From: an uncultured virus (IMG/VR IMGVR_UViG_3300027847_002832)
Taxonomy: Duplodnaviria; Heunggongvirae; Uroviricota; Caudoviricetes
DNA length: 64,000 nt
Virus record (IMG/VR): IMGVR_UViG_3300027847_002832
Reading direction: 5' to 3' (one strand)
The position numbers and the translations under genes are program-made. The first letter of the stretch is position 1. Each line of letters starts with the position of its first letter. A model generated the notes under the pieces. It was given only the letters and a program-made list of their open reading frames with translations. It was not told the origin of the DNA and ran no database searches. Positions 46,336-56,483 of the stretch are shown here, piece after piece.

Positions 46336-48204
46336 TCAATTAGAAATACATGGAGTTATCATAACGCAATTTCTGCCATCAGCATCTTTGTTTAGAACCT
46401 CGTCCATGGTTATTTTAACTTCTATTGGACTACCTTTCCATACCATTTCCACTTCTGGATTTTCTGGCATGATAAGTGGAATTCCAATGTTCTCTGGTAT
46501 GATAAGAGGGATTCCTTCAGGTGCTTCTAATACTATCCTGTCAGGAATTCCACTTGCGTCAATAATGATCTTTTCAGGAATAGGCTCTGGCATTTCTACC
46601 AAGATTCTTGTAGGAATTTCTTTTTCCATTTCAAGCTTGATTGACACACCTTCTGTATCAACCTTGATGCCTTTGCCTTTGTAGACCAAACCAATGTCTT
46701 CTGGCAAATCATCTCCATTAAGTCTAATAGAGTTTGGTATCGGAGTTTCTGGGCCATGAATAACGATGTCTGTCGGAATTTTGGCTTCTGTACAATCTAA
46801 TTTGATGGTGCGAGGCATGTCCGAAGAGTCCACTCTAACATTTGGCATTTTAGGAGGAATGATTCTTATCTCTTCTGGAATTCCCACTGATTCATATTCG
46901 ACTTTCATTGTTTGAGAGGCTTCAAATAAATCTGCAAACTCTTCTCCGAAGTCTCTTACAATTGCAGGATCGGCTGCAAACATCTCTGGAGTCTTAGCCA
47001 CTTTAGCCAATGTTAAAGCAACTTCCATTTCTGGAGGAGCACCCCAATCAACTTCCAGTCTTGGAAGGTCTGCCGCATCTAATGTAAGAGCGATGTTAGA
47101 TTGGGTGATAACCACAATTGTAGGAGGAATTGGTGGATCAATGATAATTGTAGGAGGCACTGGCGGATCGAACACAACAATTGAAGGAATGATGATAGGG
47201 CCACCTTCAATTGTTACAATGCTTTGCAAAATTTGTATTGGATTGTTCGAAGTTATAGTCACATTGCTGACCATGTTAATGTCTGGGCCAACAATTACAG
47301 ATGGTAATGGGCCAATTTGTCCTTCTAATGAGATACAAGGAAATATCAATGGCGGCAAGTTGATGTCCACTTCTGGTACATCACAAGGCACAAAAGTAAA
47401 ATCTGGAAATTCAGGAATTTCTGGAATTGGTATATCAAAAGACGCCAACACAAGTGCTGGTGGTTCAAGTGGGTTTATACGATTAACTGGAGTTTGAATT
47501 ATTTCACAATTGTCATTTATCACTGTGATTACTGGATCAATTTGTGCATTTACAGCATAACGATGAGTTCCCTCCAGAATAGCAGTGGTTGCTCCATCCC
47601 CGAAACTAAGTGTGATAATTGAAATCAATCCTGTTGGTGCTCCACCAGTTCCTTGTATTTCAATAAGGTATTCTGCAAGCTTGCCTGTCACTGGATCGTC
47701 TTCAATGATATTGAAAGTAAAAACTATATCAGGGCAAGTGAAGTCATCAAAGATAATTTTTAGTCCTTCAAGGTTTCTAATTCTCCAGTCTAAGGTGGCC
47801 TGTCTTGGATCAAAATTAAAGCCAATGAAATTTTCCGTATTCAAAATCCCATCTACAAGTTGGTTGTGATGCTCGGCAACTACAAAACTTCTAATCCAAG
47901 TTCCTTTTTTGTTTAATTTTGTATCTTCGCCACCTAAATTTCTTGCGCACTTTTTTAGTTTGTTTACTTTTCCGTTGACATCTTTTTCAACTGTTTCGTA
48001 ATAGAGAAGTTCTCCTTCAATGTTGGCGAATCCATTATCAGCCCATATTTCAATTGAAGTTGAAGATACAGGAACAATTTCTATTTCTTGTGACCAAGGC
48101 ACATTGTCTACACAAATTCTTGCTTCTGTTGTATTGTGAACCAAATACAACTCATGATCTGTATCAATGGCTTTTGGGAAAACTGGAACTGGAGGAAATG
48201 TCAT
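46336..48204 (-). CDS. Virion structural protein with Pro/Ile-rich repeats
   Basis: N-terminal module shared with the next two genes (FP...D...LY, AEHHN); repeated IP/PEE motifs. Confidence 0.7.
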   Translation of the reverse strand: MTFPPVPVFPKAIDTDHELYLVHNTTEARICVDNVPWSQEIEIVPVSSTSIEIWADNGFANIEGELLYYETVEKDVNGKVNKLKKCARNLGGEDTKLNKKGTWIRSFVVAEHHNQLVDGILNTENFIGFNFDPRQATLDWRIRNLEGLKIIFDDFTCPDIVFTFNIIEDDPVTGKLAEYLIEIQGTGGAPTGLISIITLSFGDGATTAILEGTHRYAVNAQIDPVITVINDNCEIIQTPVNRINPLEPPALVLASFDIPIPEIPEFPDFTFVPCDVPEVDINLPPLIFPCISLEGQIGPLPSVIVGPDINMVSNVTITSNNPIQILQSIVTIEGGPIIIPSIVVFDPPVPPTIIIDPPIPPTIVVITQSNIALTLDAADLPRLEVDWGAPPEMEVALTLAKVAKTPEMFAADPAIVRDFGEEFADLFEASQTMKVEYESVGIPEEIRIIPPKMPNVRVDSSDMPRTIKLDCTEAKIPTDIVIHGPETPIPNSIRLNGDDLPEDIGLVYKGKGIKVDTEGVSIKLEMEKEIPTRILVEMPEPIPEKIIIDASGIPDRIVLEAPEGIPLIIPENIGIPLIMPENPEVEMVWKGSPIEVKITMDEVLNKDADGRNCVMITPCISN

Positions 48205-48818
48205 TTGGTCCTACCTTTTGCACACCAATTTGATGTTTGTGTGTGACAGTTAGGACACACAAACATCAAATTGTTTGATTTGTTGTTTAAGCAGTCTCCA
48301 TCAATATGATGTACTTGCAAAGTGATTGGAGATCCCAACCAACTTTCCGAAACTAAACAGTCCTCTGCTTCACATATGTATTTTCTGCCGATTTCTATTA
48401 AGCATCTTCTTAGTATATATGGTGTAGTTCTAGTAGAACCTTCTGGTTTAACCACTAAAACTTCTTTGGGAGTTTTGCATTTGGTTCTTGGGAAAATATG
48501 TTTTTTGAAATGAGAACAGTCTATTCCAAATTCTTTTATTTTCTGCTTAACAAAAAACTGTGACCCGCCTCCGGGTTTAATCCTTAAATGCTTAGAAACT
48601 TCTGACATTGAATTGCTTTTATTAACCACAGGTTCGAGAATTTCCTTAGTGTATTTTGGTATCTTGTAATGTGATGTGTCAATTCCAAACTCTTCAACGA
48701 GATTCTTTCCTTTTCTCCAACTGTTTCCATCTGTTTTCCCATATACTTCTCGAATGAAGCTATTAAAAGAACTTGTCTCTTTGGCGATTTTGTCCAATTC
48801 TTGTTTTGTGTATTTCAT
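48201..48818 (-). CDS. HNH homing endonuclease
   Basis: Repeated YTK.EL...GIDTSH units; LQVHHIDGD..NN..NNL..VCPNCH. Confidence 0.9.
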   Translation of the reverse strand: MKYTKQELDKIAKETSSFNSFIREVYGKTDGNSWRKGKNLVEEFGIDTSHYKIPKYTKEILEPVVNKSNSMSEVSKHLRIKPGGGSQFFVKQKIKEFGIDCSHFKKHIFPRTKCKTPKEVLVVKPEGSTRTTPYILRRCLIEIGRKYICEAEDCLVSESWLGSPITLQVHHIDGDCLNNKSNNLMFVCPNCHTQTSNWCAKGRTK

Positions 48819-48850
48819 ACAATAAGAGAGTAATAGATGGCAAGAAATCG

Positions 48851-51136
48851 TCAGTAAATTCCTGCTATCCACTGCTCACCGGAAGGTCTACTTCCCATTG
48901 ATGCAAAGGTTAAGTCTGTTTCGTTAAATTTCAGTAAAGCATTTGGACTATAATCAAAACTTAAATATGCACGTTTATCACTGTCTGATACCAATAACAT
49001 TGTATTGTCTGGATTATCAAATCCACTAACAGACGTGTCTTGAAGACCACGATAAAGTAATGAGTTAGCTCCGGGGCCACCAGAACTCCATGTTAAATCT
49101 ACATCGTTAAACTTAGACACAGATCCCGAGTTGTTTAAGAAGAATATTCCTTCACTCATGTCAACAAGCTCTCCCTCTAGTTTTGTTGGACCTTGTATGT
49201 CTTGCATCTTTCTGATATTTTCAAATGGAGAACCTACACTTCCTTCTGTACGATAGAAGCTCTTAATTCTAAAGAATGGTCCGACGCCATCGTTTCTGGC
49301 AATGTATCCTGATAAATCTTTCCAAGCTGTACGATACACGCTAAAGTGTCCGTTGGTTGGATCACCATCCACATCATAAATAGCCGTGTTTTGCTCAAGC
49401 TCATTAGCTCCATTGAGATAATTGTCTGCTGACAGAAGAGCACTTGAAACAGTTAACCCAGTTAGCTCCAAGTCATCTTTTTGTACGTTTGTAAAAGATG
49501 TGTTAGGAGAATGTGAAGAAATAGCTCCAAAAACGAATGCAGATGTGCTTCCTGTGTTTATATTGGCCCAGTTCCACTGTCTTGTTATAGAAGGTCTTGT
49601 GATGTACGTGTTGTTAAATCCAACATATTCCACAACTCTAATTAACTCTGAACTAGCTGGATCAGCAGCCCCTCTTCCACTTGCCCAATAAAGAAGAGAT
49701 GCACCACCGCCTCCAGAGGTTAGAGTTCCTCTTTTGGCAAATCCTGTGTTCTTTTTGAACTCTCTTTTTTGTCTTACTTCGTCTGGCATACCTGTAAGAA
49801 AAGAATCATTTCTGGATACTGCAAGGCTGCTTGATGGAGTCAACTTAAATGTTTCGCTAATCAGTCCAAATTCATATGATCTTGCACTTGTTCCTGCATC
49901 ATCGAATAACCACATCCACATGTTTGTGTTTTCAATGATGTCAATTGAATCTTCGTAGGTTGTAATTCGGTAAGCACCAAACTCTGTGTCTACTCTTAGT
50001 CTAAGATCAAATATTCCACCAATGGAATATGCAGCTTTAGTATGTGCTGTGTTAGGATGCTGTAAGTCATCTCCAAGATTCCATGTATAAGTTTCTACAG
50101 GATCAATTGGATTTCCCATTCCATCTAATTGTTCTCCAGAGAAGCTTGTTCCCGGAGTAGAAGGGTTTTCTCCAGATTCTATTTCAATTTGAATCAATGC
50201 GTTAATTGGAGAACGAATTTTTGGAACTGTTGAAAATGGACCGTTGGGAGGAACTCCGGGAGTTGCGTCTTGTGTTGATGTATTCTCGATAAAACGAACA
50301 ATGGCATCGTCTGGAGCTTGAACTCTAGCATTGATGAAGTCGGGAAGTATAATGGTGTCTGAACCAAAATCATTTTCTACAGTTAAAGACACATCATAAA
50401 CTCCCGGTTGATGATAAGTCTTCTTTACTTTTCCGCCATCTTCATCAAGCACCAGCACTTCAACTTGATCAGTAGGCACGAAATCACTTACACTAATTGT
50501 GCTGAAGTTGGAAATTATAGATGTAGTTTGATCTCCAAAATCCCATGTGAGTTTTGTAGTTCCTGAGTTCCCATCTGTTCCGAGACGAAAGCTCATGTCT
50601 CTAAATTCAACTTCTAAAGGAATGTTTCCAATTCTTCTATCAGAAGTAAACCATGCTTTGGGAACAAGAACCAGATTTCTCAAGAAGTTGATTCTTCCTT
50701 CTAATGTTGGGCCGAAGGGCACCACATCAGTAGTTCCTTTGATCCCAACGAATTTCTCTATAGCAATCAAAGAGTCTTTAATGTGATTGTGGTGGCGTGC
50801 TGTGACATTTATTGTCACGTTGGTTATTCTCTTCAGTTTTTGTGTGTCTTCAAATCCTTCTATGATATCCAAATCTGAAAAAACCAATGTTGTGATGTCA
50901 AATGATCCATAATGAAAGGACAAAGCACGTTTATCAACATCGCTGCATTGTTCTGTTAAGGTGATGATTCCTGATGCTGGCATTAAACCAGCCACAAGAA
51001 CTTCTCCATCCGCTTCTATTGTTTTATCTCCGGGGTTGTAGTCTTTGGATAATCTTAATCTAAGCGCATCATGAACCAAAAATAGATTTTCATCATCATC
51101 AAATACGTCAGGGTAATTGGACGCTGTAGGAATCAT
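48851..51136 (-). CDS. PKD-domain virion/tail protein
   Basis: WDFGD...YHQPGVYDVSLTVENDFGSD; second PKD-like WNLGD. Confidence 0.8.
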   Translation of the reverse strand: MIPTASNYPDVFDDDENLFLVHDALRLRLSKDYNPGDKTIEADGEVLVAGLMPASGIITLTEQCSDVDKRALSFHYGSFDITTLVFSDLDIIEGFEDTQKLKRITNVTINVTARHHNHIKDSLIAIEKFVGIKGTTDVVPFGPTLEGRINFLRNLVLVPKAWFTSDRRIGNIPLEVEFRDMSFRLGTDGNSGTTKLTWDFGDQTTSIISNFSTISVSDFVPTDQVEVLVLDEDGGKVKKTYHQPGVYDVSLTVENDFGSDTIILPDFINARVQAPDDAIVRFIENTSTQDATPGVPPNGPFSTVPKIRSPINALIQIEIESGENPSTPGTSFSGEQLDGMGNPIDPVETYTWNLGDDLQHPNTAHTKAAYSIGGIFDLRLRVDTEFGAYRITTYEDSIDIIENTNMWMWLFDDAGTSARSYEFGLISETFKLTPSSSLAVSRNDSFLTGMPDEVRQKREFKKNTGFAKRGTLTSGGGGASLLYWASGRGAADPASSELIRVVEYVGFNNTYITRPSITRQWNWANINTGSTSAFVFGAISSHSPNTSFTNVQKDDLELTGLTVSSALLSADNYLNGANELEQNTAIYDVDGDPTNGHFSVYRTAWKDLSGYIARNDGVGPFFRIKSFYRTEGSVGSPFENIRKMQDIQGPTKLEGELVDMSEGIFFLNNSGSVSKFNDVDLTWSSGGPGANSLLYRGLQDTSVSGFDNPDNTMLLVSDSDKRAYLSFDYSPNALLKFNETDLTFASMGSRPSGEQWIAGIY

Positions 51137-51145
51137 TCTTTCTCC

Positions 51146-52171
51146 TTATAAAACAACCAAAGGGTCTTTGAGTTGTATTCTTTTCAATCTTCCGTTTGCG
51201 AACTGAATCAATTCAGTTACAAAATATTCTCCGGGCTTGCTATAGATGTGTGTTACATCATGAAAGTCCGAATCCTCTACTGTTGTTGATTGACCATCTC
51301 CAAACACCCAGTTTCTTTGAACAACATCTCCATCAGACTGATCAACAAACACAAACTCTTTAGGATCAGTGGCCATCTCTGTAGCGGTTTCAACAGAGTA
51401 TGGATTGCTTATTGAGTCTACATAAAAGAACGGAACTGATTCATCATTGTCGATGATGATGTATCCTTTCTTTGTTACCACTCCTTGTGCCCCTGTTGAA
51501 GTTACAACATTCAACTTTACTGTGTATTCCCCTTCTACAAGATATGTGTGAGTAGGACTTTTTTCTAAAGATGAGCCGCCATCTCCAAAGTCCCATAAGT
51601 ATCTTACAACGTGACCTGTAGAAAAGTTTTGAAACCTGACTTTCATGGGAGCATCCCCTCTAATTGGGAATGCTCTAAACAAAGGCTTGGGAGCGAGAAA
51701 CCTATTTTCTTGCTGTTTCAAAATTCCATTCAAAGAAGTTGCAAGAGGTCCAACTTTTATTCCAAGGTCCGCTTCTATTTTAATGATCGCATCTTTGATT
51801 GCGTTGTGGTGTTCAGCAACTACTGAATTTGTAACAAAGTTATTTCCTTTTGAGAATTTGGTTTGTCTCGATCCAGCAAAGCCTCTAATCAAATCTTGGA
51901 ATGTGTTACTTGTTTTCATCCCGTAATAAATCAACTCATGATTTCCAGCGACTCCAATATCTGGTCCGATTCTTATAATGCCTTCATTTGGGAATCCTTC
52001 TGTGCTGTCTATTATGACTTGACTGGCAGAATAAGTGATTGAATGTTTAAGAGGCATCTTGGAATTATTAGTGGCCTCATAAAGAATTTCTTTATCATCA
52101 ACCACATCTGGGAACAAGCTTAACATGCCTGTTGTGTATCCAGCATCTAAGCTCGAAATTTTATCTGCCAT
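51146..52171 (-). CDS. PKD-domain virion/tail protein
   Basis: YLWDFGDG...PTHTY...GEYTVKL and WVFGDG...HIYSKPGEY. Confidence 0.85.
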   Translation of the reverse strand: MADKISSLDAGYTTGMLSLFPDVVDDKEILYEATNNSKMPLKHSITYSASQVIIDSTEGFPNEGIIRIGPDIGVAGNHELIYYGMKTSNTFQDLIRGFAGSRQTKFSKGNNFVTNSVVAEHHNAIKDAIIKIEADLGIKVGPLATSLNGILKQQENRFLAPKPLFRAFPIRGDAPMKVRFQNFSTGHVVRYLWDFGDGGSSLEKSPTHTYLVEGEYTVKLNVVTSTGAQGVVTKKGYIIIDNDESVPFFYVDSISNPYSVETATEMATDPKEFVFVDQSDGDVVQRNWVFGDGQSTTVEDSDFHDVTHIYSKPGEYFVTELIQFANGRLKRIQLKDPLVVL

Positions 52172-52174
52172 GTT

Positions 52175-52882
52175 TTATCCTTGCGTGTGTGCCTTTATTT
52201 CTGCCGTGGGTCTTTTGTCAACAGGTGGTGCTTGTCTTTGTGCAATCATCTGTTGTTGTACATTTTCCAATGCTGCTGTGACATGTTTTTTTACAGCAGC
52301 ATCATCATGAAGTGACATTACAGTTTTAACAAAATCGGGATCGAGAGGACGTTTAAGAATAATTCTAAGATTGAATTCTTCTAACAATCTTTCATTCCAA
52401 TATTCTTTCTGTGCAGACTCGTCATCTAAAGATTTTACTTCTCCTACAATCTCCACAATTTTCTCGTATCCAGCAGCAAGAAAACCCATTTCTTCCAAAA
52501 CGCATTTAAGTTTGTTGTTAACTTTTCTCGATGATTTCACAAGAGCTTCTTTCTCTCTTTGTAGCTTTCTTATATTTATCTCATTTTCCTGAATATTTAA
52601 GTCTAATGAGGAATCATCTGCAAAATCCCGTATTTCTCTATTAAGTCTTTCAACCCTAATATCGAATAGTTCAAGATTGTCTTCAGCATCAGCAAGGTCT
52701 CTCTTATAGGAATCTACTGTTTCACTTCGGGCTTGCAATTCACGGGTAATCTGCCATAATTGACCTTGCGCTGTGGGTTCTTTGCCTACAATGAATTTTT
52801 CGATCTGAAAGAAAGTATGACGATCTGGCATCTCTGCATTCTTTAAGATTTTGTTTGTTTGCTCAATAATTTCTGTTGACAT
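52175..52882 (-). CDS. Coiled-coil hypothetical protein
   Basis: 235-aa helical ORF with GGAGG RBS. Confidence 0.65.
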   Translation of the reverse strand: MSTEIIEQTNKILKNAEMPDRHTFFQIEKFIVGKEPTAQGQLWQITRELQARSETVDSYKRDLADAEDNLELFDIRVERLNREIRDFADDSSLDLNIQENEINIRKLQREKEALVKSSRKVNNKLKCVLEEMGFLAAGYEKIVEIVGEVKSLDDESAQKEYWNERLLEEFNLRIILKRPLDPDFVKTVMSLHDDAAVKKHVTAALENVQQQMIAQRQAPPVDKRPTAEIKAHTQG

Positions 52883-52933
52883 TATTCCTCCGATTTGGGA
52901 TTATGTTGTGTCTTGCATAAAGGAGTGAAAATT

Positions 52934-53551
52934 ATGGGACTTTTAGATGGTGCTTGGGGTTATTTGTCAGGTCCAATGGAATATGTTGCTGATCATGGTG
53001 TTGAATGGCGTCGAAAATTCACACGTTTGGTGTATGAAGCTGAACTTGATGTTGCTTTAATTGATCCGACAGACAAGCCGGGCGGCAAAGACATCAAGAT
53101 GGGCGAAGACAAAGAAACGCAAGTTGCTTTGCAAGCCAATGGTAAGTTTAAGGAATTACAACAATATGTAGGAAAATACAGAAGATTTGACCTACGATTT
53201 GTTGATCAATCTGATTTTTCAGTTGCAGTGATAGACCCCACTGTCCCACAGTGGGGAACTGGCAATGAAGTCTACATGGGGGAAGATCAACATAAACCTG
53301 CATTCTTCATCTGTGAAGGTGGTTTGTACAATCTTCCTCGCTGGTTATTTGACGTTATTGAAAAGATCACCGAGGATGACCCTAATAAGGCTCTCAGTGA
53401 AACCAACGTCTATGAGTCGGTGGAAGATGTCATTGCAGAATTGGTGCTCTTAGACAGCGGACAGAAGCCTCTCAGCGATGAATGGGTTCTAGTCAGGCGT
53501 GAGATTGAGCGTAGGGCCGAAGAGAACAAGAAAAAATACTCAAAACCCTAA
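52934..53551 (+). CDS. Nucleoside 2-deoxyribosyltransferase-like protein
   Basis: YLSGPME...WR, DLRFVDQSD, GTGNE. Confidence 0.75.
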   Translation: MGLLDGAWGYLSGPMEYVADHGVEWRRKFTRLVYEAELDVALIDPTDKPGGKDIKMGEDKETQVALQANGKFKELQQYVGKYRRFDLRFVDQSDFSVAVIDPTVPQWGTGNEVYMGEDQHKPAFFICEGGLYNLPRWLFDVIEKITEDDPNKALSETNVYESVEDVIAELVLLDSGQKPLSDEWVLVRREIERRAEENKKKYSKP

Positions 53552-54001
53552 TTGCTTCCAATCTAATTTTTGCATTGGAGGCAATTGTCTGGGATGACGG
53601 GTAACAGTTATCCTTGGCACAGAAGCATCTCTAAATCTCCAAGTGGCTTCAAGTCTGACAGGCTCGTCTTCATGTGCAGAGTAAGACATGCTTACAAGTG
53701 TTGTATCGTGATATTCCACCGAGTGGCCTGTGCCTAGACCTACTTTAATTGTAGGTCTGGGATTTATTGGCACAGCAACATTTGGACTAACATGATGTAT
53801 TGCTGTTTCTATTAGCTCATTCACTTCTGGAAATGTAAAATGCAAATCTCCAAATCTCATTTGTTGAACCGCCAGCGGCGGCTCCATTCCTGATATTTCT
53901 GCTTCCCATTCTAATTCAAATGATTCAACTGGAAGTCTTTCTGTGATAGCAGTTTCTTCCTGAAACATTTGAAAGGTTAAATCAAAACCTGCCAAAGTCA
54001 T
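53540..54001 (-). CDS. Hypothetical protein ending in WKQLGF
   Basis: ATGA coupling to the upstream gene; C-terminus KLDWKQLGF. Confidence 0.6.
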   Translation of the reverse strand: MTLAGFDLTFQMFQEETAITERLPVESFELEWEAEISGMEPPLAVQQMRFGDLHFTFPEVNELIETAIHHVSPNVAVPINPRPTIKVGLGTGHSVEYHDTTLVSMSYSAHEDEPVRLEATWRFRDASVPRITVTRHPRQLPPMQKLDWKQLGF

Positions 54002-54531
54002 ATCACCCTCATTCCTACTATTCCCTTAAATTTAGCATCATGTTCTAAAGCAGCAGCAGTCCACAAGAACTTTGCCATTTCAAAATCATTCATTCCTTGC
54101 TTTTCCAACGCACCTTCTGTGAAGTTTCCAACCTTCTTAAAGAAGTCCCTGTTTATTAGAACTCCATTGAATGATCCAGATATGAAATCATAGCGTTTTT
54201 CTACAACTGGAAACAAGATGTCTTTTTCACTTGTTGCAAATGTTGCAAACTTTCTTTCTAAGAAAGCAGGAATTCTACTTCCTGCGAACATGATAAATCC
54301 CCATTCATGTTTAACACGCTTCATGCCAACATTGACAAGACTGGTGATTGTGTCTTTGCCCTTCCAGATAGGACAATGCTCTTTCATTTCCTTGACTTCT
54401 TTAGGAGTTGTGTCTCCCGGTACGACAGCGATGCACTCTCTGTCATATGAGTGATGACGTACACCTCCTACGCTATTCCTTAAACCCCCAGAATTTCTGT
54501 CGGGGCAAAGGATGATAAATCCTACATCCAT
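53998..54531 (-). CDS. Hypothetical protein, degenerate GT-A-like
   Basis: GFIILC, SLVNVGMKR..HEW, LINRDFFKKVGNF resemble a GT2 scaffold. Confidence 0.5.
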   Translation of the reverse strand: MDVGFIILCPDRNSGGLRNSVGGVRHHSYDRECIAVVPGDTTPKEVKEMKEHCPIWKGKDTITSLVNVGMKRVKHEWGFIMFAGSRIPAFLERKFATFATSEKDILFPVVEKRYDFISGSFNGVLINRDFFKKVGNFTEGALEKQGMNDFEMAKFLWTAAALEHDAKFKGIVGMRVI

Positions 54532-54545
54532 GATTAACTTTCTTC

Positions 54546-55325
54546 TTAGACAAGCGAGATGTCATAATCGACTTTTATGATATCATCATCTGTGATAGCC
54601 GTTGACAATTCGAATGCGCCGTTGGTGGAATCAGATGTGAAAGCAATCAATGTCCATGGATCATCAACAAGCGGACCCGGAATATAAACGCTATCATCTT
54701 CAAAGATTCTGACTCCATTGATTACAATTCTTAAAGACTCATCAATGTATGCAGAGGCAACAGAGTTGACTTTGTAATTGATGTAGTCTGGAGTCACCAG
54801 ATTGACGTGTACCGGGGTTTTTCCATAGTTATGCTGGTGAGCAGCACTGGCCGGGAACGTCATATGAAATTTAAGGATATCTGGTGCTTCGATAGAGGGA
54901 GTAATTGTACTCGACGGTTCAATTTTAACCGTGCCACTATCGAATGTAAGTAGACTACTACCATCTGAGTTTATGCGCAAGGTCAAATCTGTTGCTTCAT
55001 CAGCAACCAAGTCTACTTTGGCCGATTGTGCTGTTGACATTCTTACAAATGCTGATCCATCTGTGTGATCTTCAATGTTGTGTAATGCCGTATCAATAGC
55101 AGTTGCTTTAAGACTTCCATCTTGCTCTATTGATTGATTAAGACGATTTGCTACAGAACCGGCTGTGCCAATAGCGTCTCGCATTTCTTCAAGAACATCG
55201 TCTAAGGCCAAGTTAATGAGATTTTGGCGAGTGATAATGTTCTTTAACGGTAGATTGTCTATCTCCCAATGATACGGATCATTGGGTTGATAGAACACTT
55301 CTGGGATTAGTTCAATACGTGGCAA
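54546..55325 (-). CDS. Putative tail/baseplate structural protein
   Basis: In the tail module; C-terminal SLRIVINGVRI...IKVDY beta module. Confidence 0.6.
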   Translation of the reverse strand: MPRIELIPEVFYQPNDPYHWEIDNLPLKNIITRQNLINLALDDVLEEMRDAIGTAGSVANRLNQSIEQDGSLKATAIDTALHNIEDHTDGSAFVRMSTAQSAKVDLVADEATDLTLRINSDGSSLLTFDSGTVKIEPSSTITPSIEAPDILKFHMTFPASAAHQHNYGKTPVHVNLVTPDYINYKVNSVASAYIDESLRIVINGVRIFEDDSVYIPGPLVDDPWTLIAFTSDSTNGAFELSTAITDDDIIKVDYDISLV

Positions 55326-56398
55326 TGGTTCTCCTTCAGAACACGAGATACTGTGCTCTGATTGATATTTAGTCTTTCAGCAATAGCTTTTTGGAAAACC
55401 CCATCTTCCTTTAACAGAACAATTTGGGACTTAGTTTCCTTTGTGAGACGAGGCTTACGTTCCACATTTATCTTCTTTCCAAGATGAGACCAACGATCAC
55501 CAGAAAGTATTACAGAAATATTGGCTTGTGATATGTCAAATTTCTTAGCAATCTTCTTCTGTAGCCACCCTTTGTCTCGCAGCTTGAAAATTTGTTTGAT
55601 ATTCGCTTCTGTAAGCTTGGACAAAGAATGTGTTTCTCCTTGGTGGGGTTTCTTGTCGTAAGTCTCTGTGTCAACCTTGTACTTAAAGCAGTCCCACTCA
55701 ATGTGTGGTTTGATCATTTCCATAAAGTCAAAGTAATGATCTCTGCCAATGTAAATTTTGTATTGGTCTTTCTTGCGTGCTTTTTTCTTGTGGCTTTTGA
55801 TTCCGAGGTCTTTGTCGAGTCTTTCTATAAGGAAATCAATTTCTTCAACTGTAAACCCTTGTGTGTTCAACTCAATATTGGCATCTTTTGGATTTGCTGA
55901 TCCATCATCCATGTGCCACACACAAAGTGTGAGCGGAGTTAATTTTACATCTCGTGGGACTATTTTGGTTCTCTTCACTGTCCTTTCAATAAGTTCCATC
56001 TTATACCATCGTTCATCCACTTCATTCCAAATTTCTTCCATATGAGTTGTGAAAGTGTAGCGATGATAAGTCTTTCCTCCTACACCCTTAAATGACATCG
56101 GTTTAACACTTGACGAAAAATCTCCGAACATCTTCATGTGCCAATCCATGTATGTTTGTTTGTCGTCACCTCTGTGATCTAATTTTGATTGTGCTTTTTG
56201 AAACTTTTTGTTTGAAGTTTTAAGACTATTTTCAAACATTTCTTTAACACCAACATCTTTAAGCACTGTCGTTGTTCCTTCATTGATTATCCTTGTGGCT
56301 ATTCGATGCAAGAAATCATTATGCTTGTTCTTGGTCCAAATTGTTGCATCTCCAAGAAGAGACCCATCAATCACTTGTTTCTGTTCGTTTGTAAACAT
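55307..56398 (-). CDS. LAGLIDADG homing endonuclease with C-terminal HTH domains
   Basis: IDGSLLGDA and LCVWHMDDGS, LNTQGFT, two HTH-like segments. Confidence 0.88.
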   Translation of the reverse strand: MFTNEQKQVIDGSLLGDATIWTKNKHNDFLHRIATRIINEGTTTVLKDVGVKEMFENSLKTSNKKFQKAQSKLDHRGDDKQTYMDWHMKMFGDFSSSVKPMSFKGVGGKTYHRYTFTTHMEEIWNEVDERWYKMELIERTVKRTKIVPRDVKLTPLTLCVWHMDDGSANPKDANIELNTQGFTVEEIDFLIERLDKDLGIKSHKKKARKKDQYKIYIGRDHYFDFMEMIKPHIEWDCFKYKVDTETYDKKPHQGETHSLSKLTEANIKQIFKLRDKGWLQKKIAKKFDISQANISVILSGDRWSHLGKKINVERKPRLTKETKSQIVLLKEDGVFQKAIAERLNINQSTVSRVLKENHCHVLN

Positions 56399-56483
56399 TA
56401 CATCTCCTTTTTAAGATACTTTATTATAGTAAAAAGAATATGTAAATTACAATTAGTTTTGTATTTTTGGATAAATTTGTGAA

